Positions 8,364 to 18,340 of a stretch of DNA of 64,000 nt are shown one piece after another (the stretch's first letter is position 1; the number at the start of each line of letters is the position of its first letter). The stretch spans positions 2,044 through 66,043 of the forward strand of contig CAZNXK010000003.1 in the NCBI GenBank assembly GCA_964576835.1, in the 5' to 3' direction. This stretch comes from an uncultured Treponemataceae bacterium (GTDB lineage: Bacteria; Spirochaetota; Spirochaetia; Treponematales; UBA12059). The notes below the pieces were generated by a model. That model saw nothing but the letters and a program-made list of their open reading frames with translations. It ran no database searches and was not told where the DNA came from. The position numbers and the translations under genes are program-made.

Positions 8364-9776
8364 ATGCCCGGCGTACTCAGGCTCTGGGAAACCTCGCCGT
8401 CGGGTCTCGATCCCCGTGTAGACGCTTTCCTTTCGTCTCTGGCGGTAGACTCGCGGCTGCTCGAGGTAGACCTCAAGGGATCCGCCGCCCATGCCGCCAT
8501 GCTAGGGAAGCAGGGCATAATACCGGACGCGAGTTCGAAAGCGCTGACGCAGGCGCTCGCCGCGATGCTCGCCGAGGCTGGGTCAGGCGCGCTGAAGGCC
8601 GATGGGGCGTCGGAGGACGTGCACTCGTTCATCGAACAGGAATTGACGAGGCGGCTCGGCGACTCGGGCAAGGCGGTCCATGCCGGGCGCAGCCGCAACG
8701 ACCAGGTGGCGCTCGACATGAGGCTTTACCTGCGCTCGGCCTTCGGCGAGGCTGTCGACGGGATACGCGATGTGCTTGGCGCGCTTTGCGACTTGGCTTC
8801 GGCCAACGTCGAGACCTGCATGCCGTCGTACACCCATATGCGGCGCGCCCAGCCATCGACGCTGGCTTTCCACCTGCTCGCGTGGTGCGCCGCCCTGGAA
8901 CGCGACCTGGGACGCTTTTCCGATGCCGCGGCCAGGGCTGACGAGTGCCCGCTGGGTTCGGCGGCCGTAGCGGGCTCGGGCCTGCCGCTTGACCGCGAGG
9001 CCGTGGCCAAGGCGCTCGGCTTTGCCCGGCCTTCGAGGAATGCCATGGACGCGACGGCAGACCGTGACGCATGCGTCGAGTATGCGGCGGCTTCGTCGAC
9101 ACTGCTCATGCACCTGTCGCGTTTCTGCGAGGAGATCATCCTCTGGTCGAGCGCGGAGTTCGGCTTTCTGGACATCAAGGACTCGTGCACCACAGGCTCG
9201 AGCATCATGCCGCAGAAGCGCAACCCTGACGTTGCCGAGTTGATACGCGGCAAGACGGGACGAGTCTTCGGTTCGCTCGTGTCGCTCCTGACCCTGCAGA
9301 AAGGCTTGCCGCTCGGCTACGACCGCGACCTGCAGGAGGACAAGGTCGCCGTCTTCGACCTGCGCGATACGATTGCCGGCGTGCTTCCGGCTTTTGCCGC
9401 CCTCGTGGAGGCCCTCGTGCCGAAGCCCGCGGCGATGGCGGCGGCCCTGGAATCGGGTCACCCTGAAGCGACCGACCTGGCCGAGTTGCTCGTAGTCAAG
9501 GGAGTCCCGTTCAGGGACGGCTACGCGGCCACCAAGTCCGCCGTCGCCGTGGCGACCGCCGCGGGACTCAGGCTGACGTCCTTAAGCGACGCTGATCTGG
9601 CCAAGGCGTCGGACGCATTCTCCCGCGCGGGAATCAAGGCAGCGGACCTTGCCACCTACCTCGCTCCGGCCGCCTGCGTAGCGCGGCGCAACCTGGTCGG
9701 GGGACCGGCGCCTGTCAGGACGGCCGAGGAGATAGCAAGGCTCAGGAAGTTCGTGGAAAGCACGATTGGTTCTTGA
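8364..9776 (+). CDS. argH: Argininosuccinate lyase
   Basis: ATG at 8364, 1 nt after the argG stop. It has the fumarate-lyase signature GSSIMPQKRNPD and the ArgH-type N-terminus (DLKGSAAHAAML). The upstream part of ORF 8238.. was judged non-coding. Confidence 0.93.
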   Translation: MPGVLRLWETSPSGLDPRVDAFLSSLAVDSRLLEVDLKGSAAHAAMLGKQGIIPDASSKALTQALAAMLAEAGSGALKADGASEDVHSFIEQELTRRLGDSGKAVHAGRSRNDQVALDMRLYLRSAFGEAVDGIRDVLGALCDLASANVETCMPSYTHMRRAQPSTLAFHLLAWCAALERDLGRFSDAAARADECPLGSAAVAGSGLPLDREAVAKALGFARPSRNAMDATADRDACVEYAAASSTLLMHLSRFCEEIILWSSAEFGFLDIKDSCTTGSSIMPQKRNPDVAELIRGKTGRVFGSLVSLLTLQKGLPLGYDRDLQEDKVAVFDLRDTIAGVLPAFAALVEALVPKPAAMAAALESGHPEATDLAELLVVKGVPFRDGYAATKSAVAVATAAGLRLTSLSDADLAKASDAFSRAGIKAADLATYLAPAACVARRNLVGGPAPVRTAEEIARLRKFVESTIGS

Positions 9777-9920
9777 TGGATCCGGGATGCCGTGTCCAAT
9801 TCCGGCCGGTATCCTGGATCCGGACTTCCCGCCGCGTGTTTATTCCATCCAATCGAAAGAAATCTCCATTCACGTTTCCCGAGAACCGTTCAAGAATGAA
9901 TCGTACCGGAAGGGGATTGC

Positions 9921-11363
9921 ATGGGACGGGAAGCACGGATAGGATTGTTCGGAATAGGCTTGGATACGTACTGGCCGCAGTTCACGGGGCTGGAGTCCCG
10001 GTTGCTCGGGTACCAGTCGCTCATAGCCGACGGGCTTTGCGAACGCGGCGTCGATCTCGTCGATGCCGGCCTCGTTGACAACGCCGACAAGTCGCTTGCC
10101 GCCGCGAAACTCTTCGTCGAATCCGGCGTCGAGGCCATTTTTCTGTACGTTTCCACGTACGCGCTCTCGAGTACCGTTCTCCCCATAGTCCAGCGCCTGG
10201 GCGTACCCATAATCGTCCTCAATCTCCAGCCCGTTTCTTCCATCGATTACGCCGCGTTCAACGCTCTCGGCGACCGCGGGCTCATGACCGGCGAGTGGCT
10301 GGCCCACTGCCAGGCCTGTTCGGTACCCGAACTCGGCAACGTCTTCAACAACTGCGGCATCGACTGGCACCTCGTGACCGGATATCTGCGCGAGGAGCGT
10401 GCCTGGTCCGAAATCGACGCGTGGGTCAAGGCGATAAATACCCGGGCTTCACTCCGTGATTCGCGCGTGGGCATACTTGGCCATTACTATGAAGGCATGC
10501 TCGACGTGTATACCGATGTGTCGCGGCTGGCCGCTGTCTTCGGTTGCAGTTTTCCGCTCATCGAGATGGACTCCCTGAGGGGACTCCGCGACGGGGTAAG
10601 CCCTACCGCGGTCATTGCCAAGCTGGCCCAGTTCGACGATGAATTCTCCGTTTCTCCCGAATGCGGAACCTTGGAACTCGAGCGGGCTGCGCGCACGTCC
10701 TGCGCGCTCGACCAGCTTGTCCAGAAGGAACGCCTTGGCGCACTTGCGTATTACTATGAAGGAAGTCCAGGTGGCGAGCACGAAGACATAGTCATCTCGA
10801 TAATCGCGGGAAACACCCTGCTCACGGGCCATCATGTTCCGGTAGCCGGCGAGTGCGAGGTCAAGAACGCCGTCGCGATGAAGATACTGGATTGCCTCGA
10901 AGCGGGCGGCTCTTTTTCCGAGTTCTACCTCATGGATTTCGATGATGACGTGGTTTATCTCGGCCATGACGGCCCTGCCCACCCGCGCATCGCCGAGGGC
11001 GCCGTCTCGCTCGTGCCGCTTCCGGTCTACCACGGCAAGCCCGGCAAGGGCTTGTCCATCCAGATGGCCGTCCGGAACGGTCCGGTAACCCTCCTGTCTA
11101 TCGTGCAGGGAAAGGGCGGCTCGACCTTCCTTCTCGTCGCCGAAGCCGAGTCGGTACCTGGCCCGACCCTCGCGATAGGCAATACCAACAGTCGCTATCG
11201 CTTCGGCATCCCGGCGCGGGCTTTCGTCGACCTTTGGTCCAAGGCCGGGCCCGCGCACCATTGCGCAATCGGCGTCGGCCACATCGCCCCTACAATAGAG
11301 AAGCTGGCGTTGCTCCTCGGAATCGAATGCAGGATAGTCTGCGGTGCGGGGGGGCAAGCATGA
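9921..11363 (+). CDS. L-arabinose isomerase (AraA)-family sugar isomerase, substrate unknown
   Basis: 480 aa. The overall layout and C-terminal region (GPAHHCAIGVGH) resemble the E. coli AraA AGGAHHTVFS region. It is the first gene of the ABC-transporter operon and its stop overlaps the next start (ATGA). Confidence 0.7.
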   Translation: MGREARIGLFGIGLDTYWPQFTGLESRLLGYQSLIADGLCERGVDLVDAGLVDNADKSLAAAKLFVESGVEAIFLYVSTYALSSTVLPIVQRLGVPIIVLNLQPVSSIDYAAFNALGDRGLMTGEWLAHCQACSVPELGNVFNNCGIDWHLVTGYLREERAWSEIDAWVKAINTRASLRDSRVGILGHYYEGMLDVYTDVSRLAAVFGCSFPLIEMDSLRGLRDGVSPTAVIAKLAQFDDEFSVSPECGTLELERAARTSCALDQLVQKERLGALAYYYEGSPGGEHEDIVISIIAGNTLLTGHHVPVAGECEVKNAVAMKILDCLEAGGSFSEFYLMDFDDDVVYLGHDGPAHPRIAEGAVSLVPLPVYHGKPGKGLSIQMAVRNGPVTLLSIVQGKGGSTFLLVAEAESVPGPTLAIGNTNSRYRFGIPARAFVDLWSKAGPAHHCAIGVGHIAPTIEKLALLLGIECRIVCGAGGQA

Positions 11364-12862
11364 GCGACACCATCCTGGAACTGAGTCACATTACCAAGAC
11401 CTTTCCTGGCGTCCGTGCCCTCGACGACGTTCACTTCGAGCTGGGCAGGGGGGAGATACACGCTCTGATGGGTGAGAATGGGGCGGGCAAGTCCACGCTT
11501 ATCAAGATCGTGACCGGTGTGCACCGACCGGATTCCGGTGACATCGTCCTTGACGGCAAGAAGATGGATTTCCGTTCTCCACTTGATTCACAACGAATGG
11601 GCATCGCGGCCATCTACCAGCACGTCACCTGTTATCCCGACCTTTCCGTTACCGAAAACATTTTCATCGGACACGAGAGCTTCAATCCCGTCACTCGCAG
11701 GATCGACTGGAAGCAGTTGCACGCGAAGGCCGAGGAACTCCTGTACAGCCTGGACGCGGATTTCGATCCGCGTACCCCGATGGGCACGCTCTCGGTGGCT
11801 CGCCAGCAGACTGTCGAGATTGCCAAGGCGCTCTCCACGAACGCCCGCGTCATCATCATGGACGAACCGACCGCACCCCTCACCAAGCGGGAGTGCGAGG
11901 ATCTGTACCGGATAACGGAAGGACTCAGGGACAACGGCGTTTCCATTATTTTCATTTCACATCGCCTCGAGGACATGTACCGCCTCGCCAGCCGCGTCAC
12001 GATATTCCGCGACTCACGCTACATCGGCACCTGGAAGGCCGACGAGATAGGCAAAGACGACCTCATCACGGCCATGGTCGGCCGCTCCATCACGCAACTC
12101 TTTCCCAAGAAGGCCGTGCCGATAGGAGACGAAATACTGCGGGTCGAAGGCCTCTCGAGGACCGGTTTTTTCAAGGATGTTTCCTTCAACCTGCACAAGG
12201 GCGAGATACTCGCGCTGACCGGACTCGTCGGCGCGGGCCGCACCGAGATATGCGAGGCGATCTACGGAATCACCCGCGCCGACTCGGGGCGTGTCGTGCT
12301 GGCGGGCGAGGAACTCCGCGTCTCGGGACCGGACGAGGCCATAGCCAAAGGCATCGGCTACCTGCCTGAAGACAGGCTCAGGCAGGGACTCGTACTCGAC
12401 TGGGACCTGTCCAGGAACGTCACCCTTCCGGCTCTTGAAAAATTCTGCAAAGCGGGCCTGTTGCGGCGGAAGATGGAAAACTCGGTATCCGGAGGCCTGC
12501 TCGAGAAGCTCGAGGTAAAGGCCCACAGCGTATTCGCCGTGGCTTCGACGCTCTCCGGAGGCAACCAGCAGAAGGTCATAGTCGCAAAGCTGCTCAATAC
12601 CGAAATGAAGATGATAATTCTCGACGAACCGACGAAGGGCGTCGACGTAGGCGCCAAGACGGCAATTTTCCGTATCATGACCGACCTCGCGAGCCAGGGC
12701 TACGGTATCATCATGGTGTCTTCCGAGATGCCCGAAGTGCTGGGTATGAGCGACCGCATCGTCGTGATGCGCGAAGGTTGCGTCAGCGCCATCCTCGTTA
12801 CGTCCGCTGCGACGCAGGAAACGATACTCGAGGCCGCGATGACGGCAGGAGCGGCGTCATGA
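11360..12862 (+). CDS. Sugar ABC transporter ATP-binding protein (two ABC domains, RbsA/RhaT-like)
   Basis: MSDTILEL start with ATGA overlap to the upstream gene. Walker A GENGAGKST, signature LSVARQQ / LSGGNQQK, and a duplicated ATPase domain. Confidence 0.92.
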   Translation: MSDTILELSHITKTFPGVRALDDVHFELGRGEIHALMGENGAGKSTLIKIVTGVHRPDSGDIVLDGKKMDFRSPLDSQRMGIAAIYQHVTCYPDLSVTENIFIGHESFNPVTRRIDWKQLHAKAEELLYSLDADFDPRTPMGTLSVARQQTVEIAKALSTNARVIIMDEPTAPLTKRECEDLYRITEGLRDNGVSIIFISHRLEDMYRLASRVTIFRDSRYIGTWKADEIGKDDLITAMVGRSITQLFPKKAVPIGDEILRVEGLSRTGFFKDVSFNLHKGEILALTGLVGAGRTEICEAIYGITRADSGRVVLAGEELRVSGPDEAIAKGIGYLPEDRLRQGLVLDWDLSRNVTLPALEKFCKAGLLRRKMENSVSGGLLEKLEVKAHSVFAVASTLSGGNQQKVIVAKLLNTEMKMIILDEPTKGVDVGAKTAIFRIMTDLASQGYGIIMVSSEMPEVLGMSDRIVVMREGCVSAILVTSAATQETILEAAMTAGAAS

Positions 12863-13884
12863 GCGCAACCACGTTCCCGGTCGGCGAAGGCGCGTCGCCT
12901 AAGCGCATCGTACGCTTCAACGAGCGCTTCAGGGAGTTCGGCCTCCTCGTCTTCATCGTAATCCTGTGCGCGCTGTTCCAGCTCAGGAACCAGAGCTTCC
13001 TGAGCCTGGAAAACATCGCAGACCTCCTGACCAATACCGCCATACTCGGCATCCTGTCGGTCGGCATGATGATGGTCATCCTGACTCGTGGCATAGACCT
13101 CTCCATAGGCGCGACGATCGCGCTCTCGGGCATGGTAAGCGCCCTCACGGTAACAGCCGTACCGACGCTGCATCCGCTGCTCTCCATCCTTGAAGGAATG
13201 CTCGTAGGACTCGCGGTGGGCAGTCTCATAGGCTTGCTCGTCGCCCGGTTCGCGGTGCTTCCCATCATCGCCACCCTGGGCATAATGAACATCGTCCGGG
13301 GCGTCACCTTCCTCGTCAGCAAAGGCGCCTGGGTCAGCTCCTACCAGATGTCCGAGGGTTTCACGTCGATCTCGACGGGCAAGCTTCTCGGCGTCAACAA
13401 CCTCATAGTACTCGCTGTCATCGTCTTTGCGGGTTTCTGGTACTTCATAACCCAGACGAGGATGGGCAGGCGAATCTACGCTGTAGGCTCCAACCCGGAG
13501 GCTGCGGACATCTCCGGCATTCCGAGGCGCACGATCATCTGGTTCGTGTATGCCGTCATGGGAACGCTGTCCGGACTCGCCGGCGTCCTGTGGGTAAGCA
13601 AGTTCGCCTCGGCTCAAGGCGACACCGCAAGCGGCTACGAGCTCAACGTCATCGCCGCGGCCGTGCTCGGAGGCGTCAGCATCTCGGGAGGCTCGGGCAC
13701 GGTATCGGGACTCATACTCGGCACCATACTCCTCGGTATCCTCAACAACGCCCTTCCGCTCGTCAATATCTCGCCGTTCTGGCAGCAGGCCATCCAGGGG
13801 CTCGTCATACTGGCAGCCATCCTGACCAACGTATTCGTCAAGCGGAGCAACCTCAGGCAGGCCCTCCGGAAGAGGGCGCTATGA
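12859..13884 (+). CDS. Sugar ABC transporter permease (RbsC/RhaP-like)
   Basis: 341 aa, multi-pass hydrophobic, with ATGA overlap to the ATPase gene. Belongs to the RbsC-type branched permease family. Confidence 0.88.
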   Translation: MSATTFPVGEGASPKRIVRFNERFREFGLLVFIVILCALFQLRNQSFLSLENIADLLTNTAILGILSVGMMMVILTRGIDLSIGATIALSGMVSALTVTAVPTLHPLLSILEGMLVGLAVGSLIGLLVARFAVLPIIATLGIMNIVRGVTFLVSKGAWVSSYQMSEGFTSISTGKLLGVNNLIVLAVIVFAGFWYFITQTRMGRRIYAVGSNPEAADISGIPRRTIIWFVYAVMGTLSGLAGVLWVSKFASAQGDTASGYELNVIAAAVLGGVSISGGSGTVSGLILGTILLGILNNALPLVNISPFWQQAIQGLVILAAILTNVFVKRSNLRQALRKRAL

Positions 13885-14891
13885 CCGACGTGAACCTGTC
13901 CGGGCGACGGACTATCGATATCGAGAGGAAAGGCGGACTTGGGCGCTTCTTCCTCCGCTGGGAGTGGCTCCTCGTACTCATCTTCCTCGCGATCAATGTC
14001 ATCAACACCAGCCTGTCCGAGTATTACCTCAACCTCGACACCTTCCTCCAGATGCCCATGAGTTTTTTGGACAAGGCCTTCCTCGTGCTTCCGATGACGT
14101 TCGTTATAATTCTGGGCAACATCGACATTTCCATCGCGTCGAACGTGGCGCTGTCCGCAGTGGTCATGGCGACGACTTACAACCTCGGCCTGCCGATGCC
14201 CGCGGCGATGGCGCTCTGTCTCGTCGTCAGCACGGCATGCGGCCTCTTGAACGGCCTGATCATGACCAGGTTCAAAGAGCTCTCGGCGGTCATCGTCACC
14301 CTGTCGACCATGATCATCTACCGGGGTATTGCCTACATTATCCTCGAGAACCGCTCCGCCGGAAAATTTCCGGAATGGTTTTCGTGGCTGGGCTGGGGCA
14401 GCATAGGCCCGATCCCGTTCATCGTCATAATATTCGCCGTATGCGCCGCGTTGTTCGCGGTGCTGCTTCATGGCACTCCCTTCGGCCGCAAGGTTTTCGG
14501 CATGGGCAACAATCTTCTGGCAGCCCGCTATTCCGGCGTGCGGACCGATTCAATAATCATTGCCGTCAGCGCTCTCACCGGGCTGATGGCTGGCTTCACC
14601 GCCATTTTCCTTTCATCCCGCATGGGCAGCACGCGGCCCAACGTTGCGATGGGTTACGAGCTGGAGGTGATCGCGATGGTAGTACTCGGAGGCGTCAGCA
14701 CCTCCGGCGGCAAGGGCACGATGATTGGCCCGCTCCTGGCGATATTCATCGTCGGTTTCCTGAATTACGGGCTCGGACTGGTCAATGTCCAGGCACAGGT
14801 CCTGCTGATCATAATCGGATTGCTGCTGATCCTTTCAGTGCTTGCCCTCAATGTCCGGTTCAAGAAACGGTCTCGACACCCGGATGCCTAG
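13881..14891 (+). CDS. Sugar ABC transporter permease (RbsC/RhaQ-like)
   Basis: 336 aa, ATG 13881 overlapping the previous stop. A second RbsC-type permease. Confidence 0.88.
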   Translation: MTDVNLSGRRTIDIERKGGLGRFFLRWEWLLVLIFLAINVINTSLSEYYLNLDTFLQMPMSFLDKAFLVLPMTFVIILGNIDISIASNVALSAVVMATTYNLGLPMPAAMALCLVVSTACGLLNGLIMTRFKELSAVIVTLSTMIIYRGIAYIILENRSAGKFPEWFSWLGWGSIGPIPFIVIIFAVCAALFAVLLHGTPFGRKVFGMGNNLLAARYSGVRTDSIIIAVSALTGLMAGFTAIFLSSRMGSTRPNVAMGYELEVIAMVVLGGVSTSGGKGTMIGPLLAIFIVGFLNYGLGLVNVQAQVLLIIIGLLLILSVLALNVRFKKRSRHPDA

Positions 14892-14921
14892 CTCGGGTTA
14901 TTTCTGTAAGGAGGAGATGCG

Positions 14922-15926
14922 ATGAAAAAGTTCATCAACAAGGGAATCCTGGTCATGGTGATGATGATGCTCGTGGTGTCGTTCGTCGGCGCCCAGGCAA
15001 AATACGCCATCGTATTCAAGAACACGGGCAATCCGTACGGCGAAAAGCAGATGGCAGGCTTCAAGGCCGGCATCGAGGCTCAAGGTTTCGAGGCCATCCT
15101 GCGCGCTCCCGACCAGCCCACGGCAGAGGCCCAGATCCAGATCATCGAGCAGCTGATCGCCCAGAAGGTCGCCTCTATCTGCATCGTCGGCAATGACTTC
15201 GACGCGCTCCAGCCAGTACTCAAGAAGGCTACCGCCGCGGGGATAAAAGTCTTGTCTCTCGATTCTTCGGTCAACCCGGCCGCGCGCCTGACCCACATCA
15301 ACCAGGCAGACTCCGTCAAGATCGGCCAGACCTTGGTCCAGGCTGCCTACGATATGATCGGCGGAAAAGGAGAGATCGCCATCCTGTCCGCGACCAGCCA
15401 GGCCTCGAACCAGAACCTCTGGATCGATTACATGAAGGCCGAGCTCAAGCTCCCCAAGTATGCCAATGTCAAGCTGGTCAAGATCGCATACGGCGATGAC
15501 CTCCGCGACAAGTCGGTCTCCGAGACCGAAGCCCTCCTCAAGGCATACCCGAACCTCAAGTGCATAATCGCCCCGACGACCGTCGGCATCGCCGCCGCCG
15601 GCAAAGTCATAACCGACAAGAAACTGATTGGCAAGGTTTTCATAACCGGCCTCGGGCTTCCGTCGGAAATGGCTTCCTACATCGAAAACGGCGCCTGCCC
15701 CTACATGTTCCTGTGGAATCCGATTGACGTCGGCTATCTTGGCGCATACGCCGCCACCGCCCTCGTCAAGGGAACCATCAAGGGAGCCATAGGCGACAAG
15801 TTCGCCGCCGGCCGGCTCGGCAACTACGTCATCACCAAGGCCCCGGACGGTGGTACGGAAGTCCTGCTTGGGCCACCCTTCAAGTTCGAGAAGTCCAACA
15901 TCGCCGACTGGAAGACCGTCTACTGA
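14922..15926 (+). CDS. Periplasmic sugar-binding protein (rhamnose/AI-2 type SBP)
   Basis: 334 aa with a signal peptide (MKKFINKGILVMVMMMLVVSFVGAQA). It has a type I periplasmic binding fold and closes the transporter operon. Confidence 0.85.
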   Translation: MKKFINKGILVMVMMMLVVSFVGAQAKYAIVFKNTGNPYGEKQMAGFKAGIEAQGFEAILRAPDQPTAEAQIQIIEQLIAQKVASICIVGNDFDALQPVLKKATAAGIKVLSLDSSVNPAARLTHINQADSVKIGQTLVQAAYDMIGGKGEIAILSATSQASNQNLWIDYMKAELKLPKYANVKLVKIAYGDDLRDKSVSETEALLKAYPNLKCIIAPTTVGIAAAGKVITDKKLIGKVFITGLGLPSEMASYIENGACPYMFLWNPIDVGYLGAYAATALVKGTIKGAIGDKFAAGRLGNYVITKAPDGGTEVLLGPPFKFEKSNIADWKTVY

Positions 15927-15990
15927 CAAAATATCCATGAACGTGCCGCCCGGGATAAAATTCCCGGGCGGTTTTTCCGTGTGCGTCGAA

Positions 15991-16887
15991 TTATTGTCCG
16001 GTGTACAATTTCCAGTGCGACGGGGAGATGCCGGTCTTGTTCTTGAAAAGCCGGGAGAAATAGTATTCGTCGCTGAAACCGAGGCGCCATGCTACTTCCT
16101 TGACGGAGAGTTCGTGTTCGAGGAGTTCCTTCGCTCTGTGGAGCTTGATGCTTATAAAATACTGGTACGGCGTCATCGCGGTGTAGGACTTGAACGCTTC
16201 GTTCAGGTACGAGGTGCTGACCCCGAGCGACTCCGCAATGCCGTTGAGGTTGATGTCGCCATCGACGTTGGCTTCCATCTGGAACCGGGCCTTTGCCACC
16301 AGACTTTCCGCCTGAGTCGGTTGTGTCGATTTTCGTTCGCAGGAGAGTACCTCGGCTAGGAGGCCCATGATCAGGGCTCCCGCTTTTGGCTGATACAGCG
16401 GTTCCTGGCTTCTGACGAGGTCGAATATCTGCGTGTAATGGGCAAGAATGCCGTTCCGGAGGCCGGTGGCGAAGAATGGCTTCGATGTGGACAGGAATCC
16501 GTCGCGGCAGAGCGCGTCGATGTTGTCCCCCTTGAATCCAACCCAGTATTCCGTCCAGCCCGTATCGAAGTCTGGCTTGTAGAAGTGCCTGACGCCGGGG
16601 AATACGAGAATGATCGACCCTGGCAGCACCTCGAAACGCTGTCCCATCGTTTCAAAGACACCATGCCCCTTGGTCACATAGACGCACTGGTACTCATTCA
16701 GCATACGTCCTTCAGCCACCGATTTGAAGGCCAGCGGATGTTCATCTTTCAGGGGCGGATAGGGGAAACCAGGATCTATTTCGCTATAGCCGGCGTCGGT
16801 GCATACGATGTGCCAACGCTCGTCCTCGTCGCTCCACGTCAGGTAGCGGAAGAAGGCGTTTTTGTTGTCCGAGGATCCGATCGACAT
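15991..16887 (-). CDS. AraC-family transcriptional regulator
   Basis: 298 aa with an N-terminal cupin-like sensor and a C-terminal double-HTH AraC signature (GFSDEYYFSRLFKNKTGISP). It is divergent from rhaA. Confidence 0.9.
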   Translation of the reverse strand: MSIGSSDNKNAFFRYLTWSDEDERWHIVCTDAGYSEIDPGFPYPPLKDEHPLAFKSVAEGRMLNEYQCVYVTKGHGVFETMGQRFEVLPGSIILVFPGVRHFYKPDFDTGWTEYWVGFKGDNIDALCRDGFLSTSKPFFATGLRNGILAHYTQIFDLVRSQEPLYQPKAGALIMGLLAEVLSCERKSTQPTQAESLVAKARFQMEANVDGDINLNGIAESLGVSTSYLNEAFKSYTAMTPYQYFISIKLHRAKELLEHELSVKEVAWRLGFSDEYYFSRLFKNKTGISPSHWKLYTGQ

Positions 16888-17067
16888 ATACGCCGACTAT
16901 AGATGTGGCCATCCTTGCTGTCAAGTTTGCGCGGCTCCCGCAGTATTTTCCATCAGCATAGGAGAATTATCCATTCACAGCATATGATCGCGGTTCTATT
17001 ATCTCGAAAGGCGCGGGTTCCACTCGGGAAAGTGGCGCATCGATCGACATGGAGTGGAGGAGAGAAC

Positions 17068-18336
17068 ATGCCCCAGAAAAAGCCGGGAACGATCTGGGCC
17101 GATTCGGTTGGTCGCTATGCCGAACTCGGCGTCGATGTCGAGGCTGCCCTTGCCGCCGTCGACAGTCTTCCTATATCGATACATTGCTGGCAGGGAGACG
17201 ACGTCGGAGGTTTCGAGCATGAAGGCGCCGCCCTTTCCGGAGGAGGAATTCAGGTAACGGGCAATCAGCCCGGCCGTGCCAGGAATCCGGGAGAACTCCG
17301 GGCCGATATCGAGAAGGTCGCTTCACTGTGCCCGGGCTCCAAGCGCTTGTCGCTCCATGCCAGCTACGGCGAGTTCTGTGGCAAGGCCGTCGACCGCGAT
17401 GCCATCGAACCAGGCCATTTCGCCGGATGGATGGACTGGTCCCGTAGCAGGGGTATTCCGCTGGACTTCAACGCGACCATGTTCTCGCATCCGCTGGCTG
17501 GCGATGGCTGGACCCTTGCGCATCGGGACCACAGGATACGCGCCTTCTGGATCGAGCATGTCGAGCGCGCGCGACGGATAGCCGCAGCGATGGGCCGCGC
17601 GCAAGGCTCTCCATGCATGCACAACCTCTGGATACCGGACGGCGCAAAAGACAGCCCGGTCGACCGCACCGGCTATCGCGCCCGCCTTCTTGAATCCCTC
17701 GATGCCATATTCGCAGAACGCATACCGGCGCATGTCATCGAGGACGCCGTAGAAGGAAAGCTGTTCGGGATAGGGAGCGAGTCGTTCGTCGCCGGTTCCC
17801 ATGAGTTCTACCTGGGCTACGCCGCGACGCGCCACATGTTCCTTACCCTCGACATGGGCCACTATCATCCTACTGAAAACGTTGCCGACAAAATCAGTTC
17901 GATTCTACCCTTCGTGCCCGGCCTCCTTTTGCATGTGAGCCGCGGTGTCCGCTGGGATTCCGACCATGTGGTTACCCTTAACGATGACCTGCTGGAACTA
18001 TGCCGCGAGCTCGTGCGGTCGGGACAACTCGGGCGCATTCGTTTCGGGCTCGACTATTTCGATGCCTCGATCAACCGTATCGGCGCATGGTCCCTTGGTT
18101 TCCGCTCGGCGCGAAAGGCGTTGCTCTCCGCGTATCTGGAACCGCGCGCGGCCCTGCTCGCCGCGGACGAGAGCGGGGATGGATTCGGGCGGCTCGCCCT
18201 GCTGGAAGAATGCAAGACCCTTCCGCTCGGCGCGGTGTGGGAAGAGTACTGCCAGCGCTCCGGCGTGCCCGGCGACAGGGCTTTCGCCATGGACGTAGGA
18301 GACTATGGACGAGACGTCCTGGCGAAACGGGGTTGA
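17068..18336 (+). CDS. rhaA: L-rhamnose isomerase
   Basis: ATG 17068 after GGAGGAGAG. The IHCWQGDDVGGFE motif matches E. coli RhaA HCWQGDDVSGFE. 422 aa. Confidence 0.88.
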   Translation: MPQKKPGTIWADSVGRYAELGVDVEAALAAVDSLPISIHCWQGDDVGGFEHEGAALSGGGIQVTGNQPGRARNPGELRADIEKVASLCPGSKRLSLHASYGEFCGKAVDRDAIEPGHFAGWMDWSRSRGIPLDFNATMFSHPLAGDGWTLAHRDHRIRAFWIEHVERARRIAAAMGRAQGSPCMHNLWIPDGAKDSPVDRTGYRARLLESLDAIFAERIPAHVIEDAVEGKLFGIGSESFVAGSHEFYLGYAATRHMFLTLDMGHYHPTENVADKISSILPFVPGLLLHVSRGVRWDSDHVVTLNDDLLELCRELVRSGQLGRIRFGLDYFDASINRIGAWSLGFRSARKALLSAYLEPRAALLAADESGDGFGRLALLEECKTLPLGAVWEEYCQRSGVPGDRAFAMDVGDYGRDVLAKRG

Positions 18337-18340
18337 TGCG

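Noticed and set aside
7067-8719. 550-aa ORF antisense to argG/argH. Similar long antisense or out-of-frame ORFs occur at 14898..15938, 13964..15196, 61374..63017, 62245..63189, 55348..56313, 50882..51808, 51442..52488, 36699..37916, 42199..43431 and 25534..26361.
   Set aside because: Each lies wholly inside a gene with clear homology on the other strand or frame. Their translations are Arg/Gly/Ala/Pro-rich with no recognisable motifs, as expected for shadow ORFs in GC-rich DNA.
9778-9821. Inverted repeat GGATCCGGGAT...ATCCTGGATCC after argH as a terminator or operator.
   Set aside because: It has one mismatch, a 22-nt loop and no adjacent T-tract. It is possible but too weak to call as a feature.
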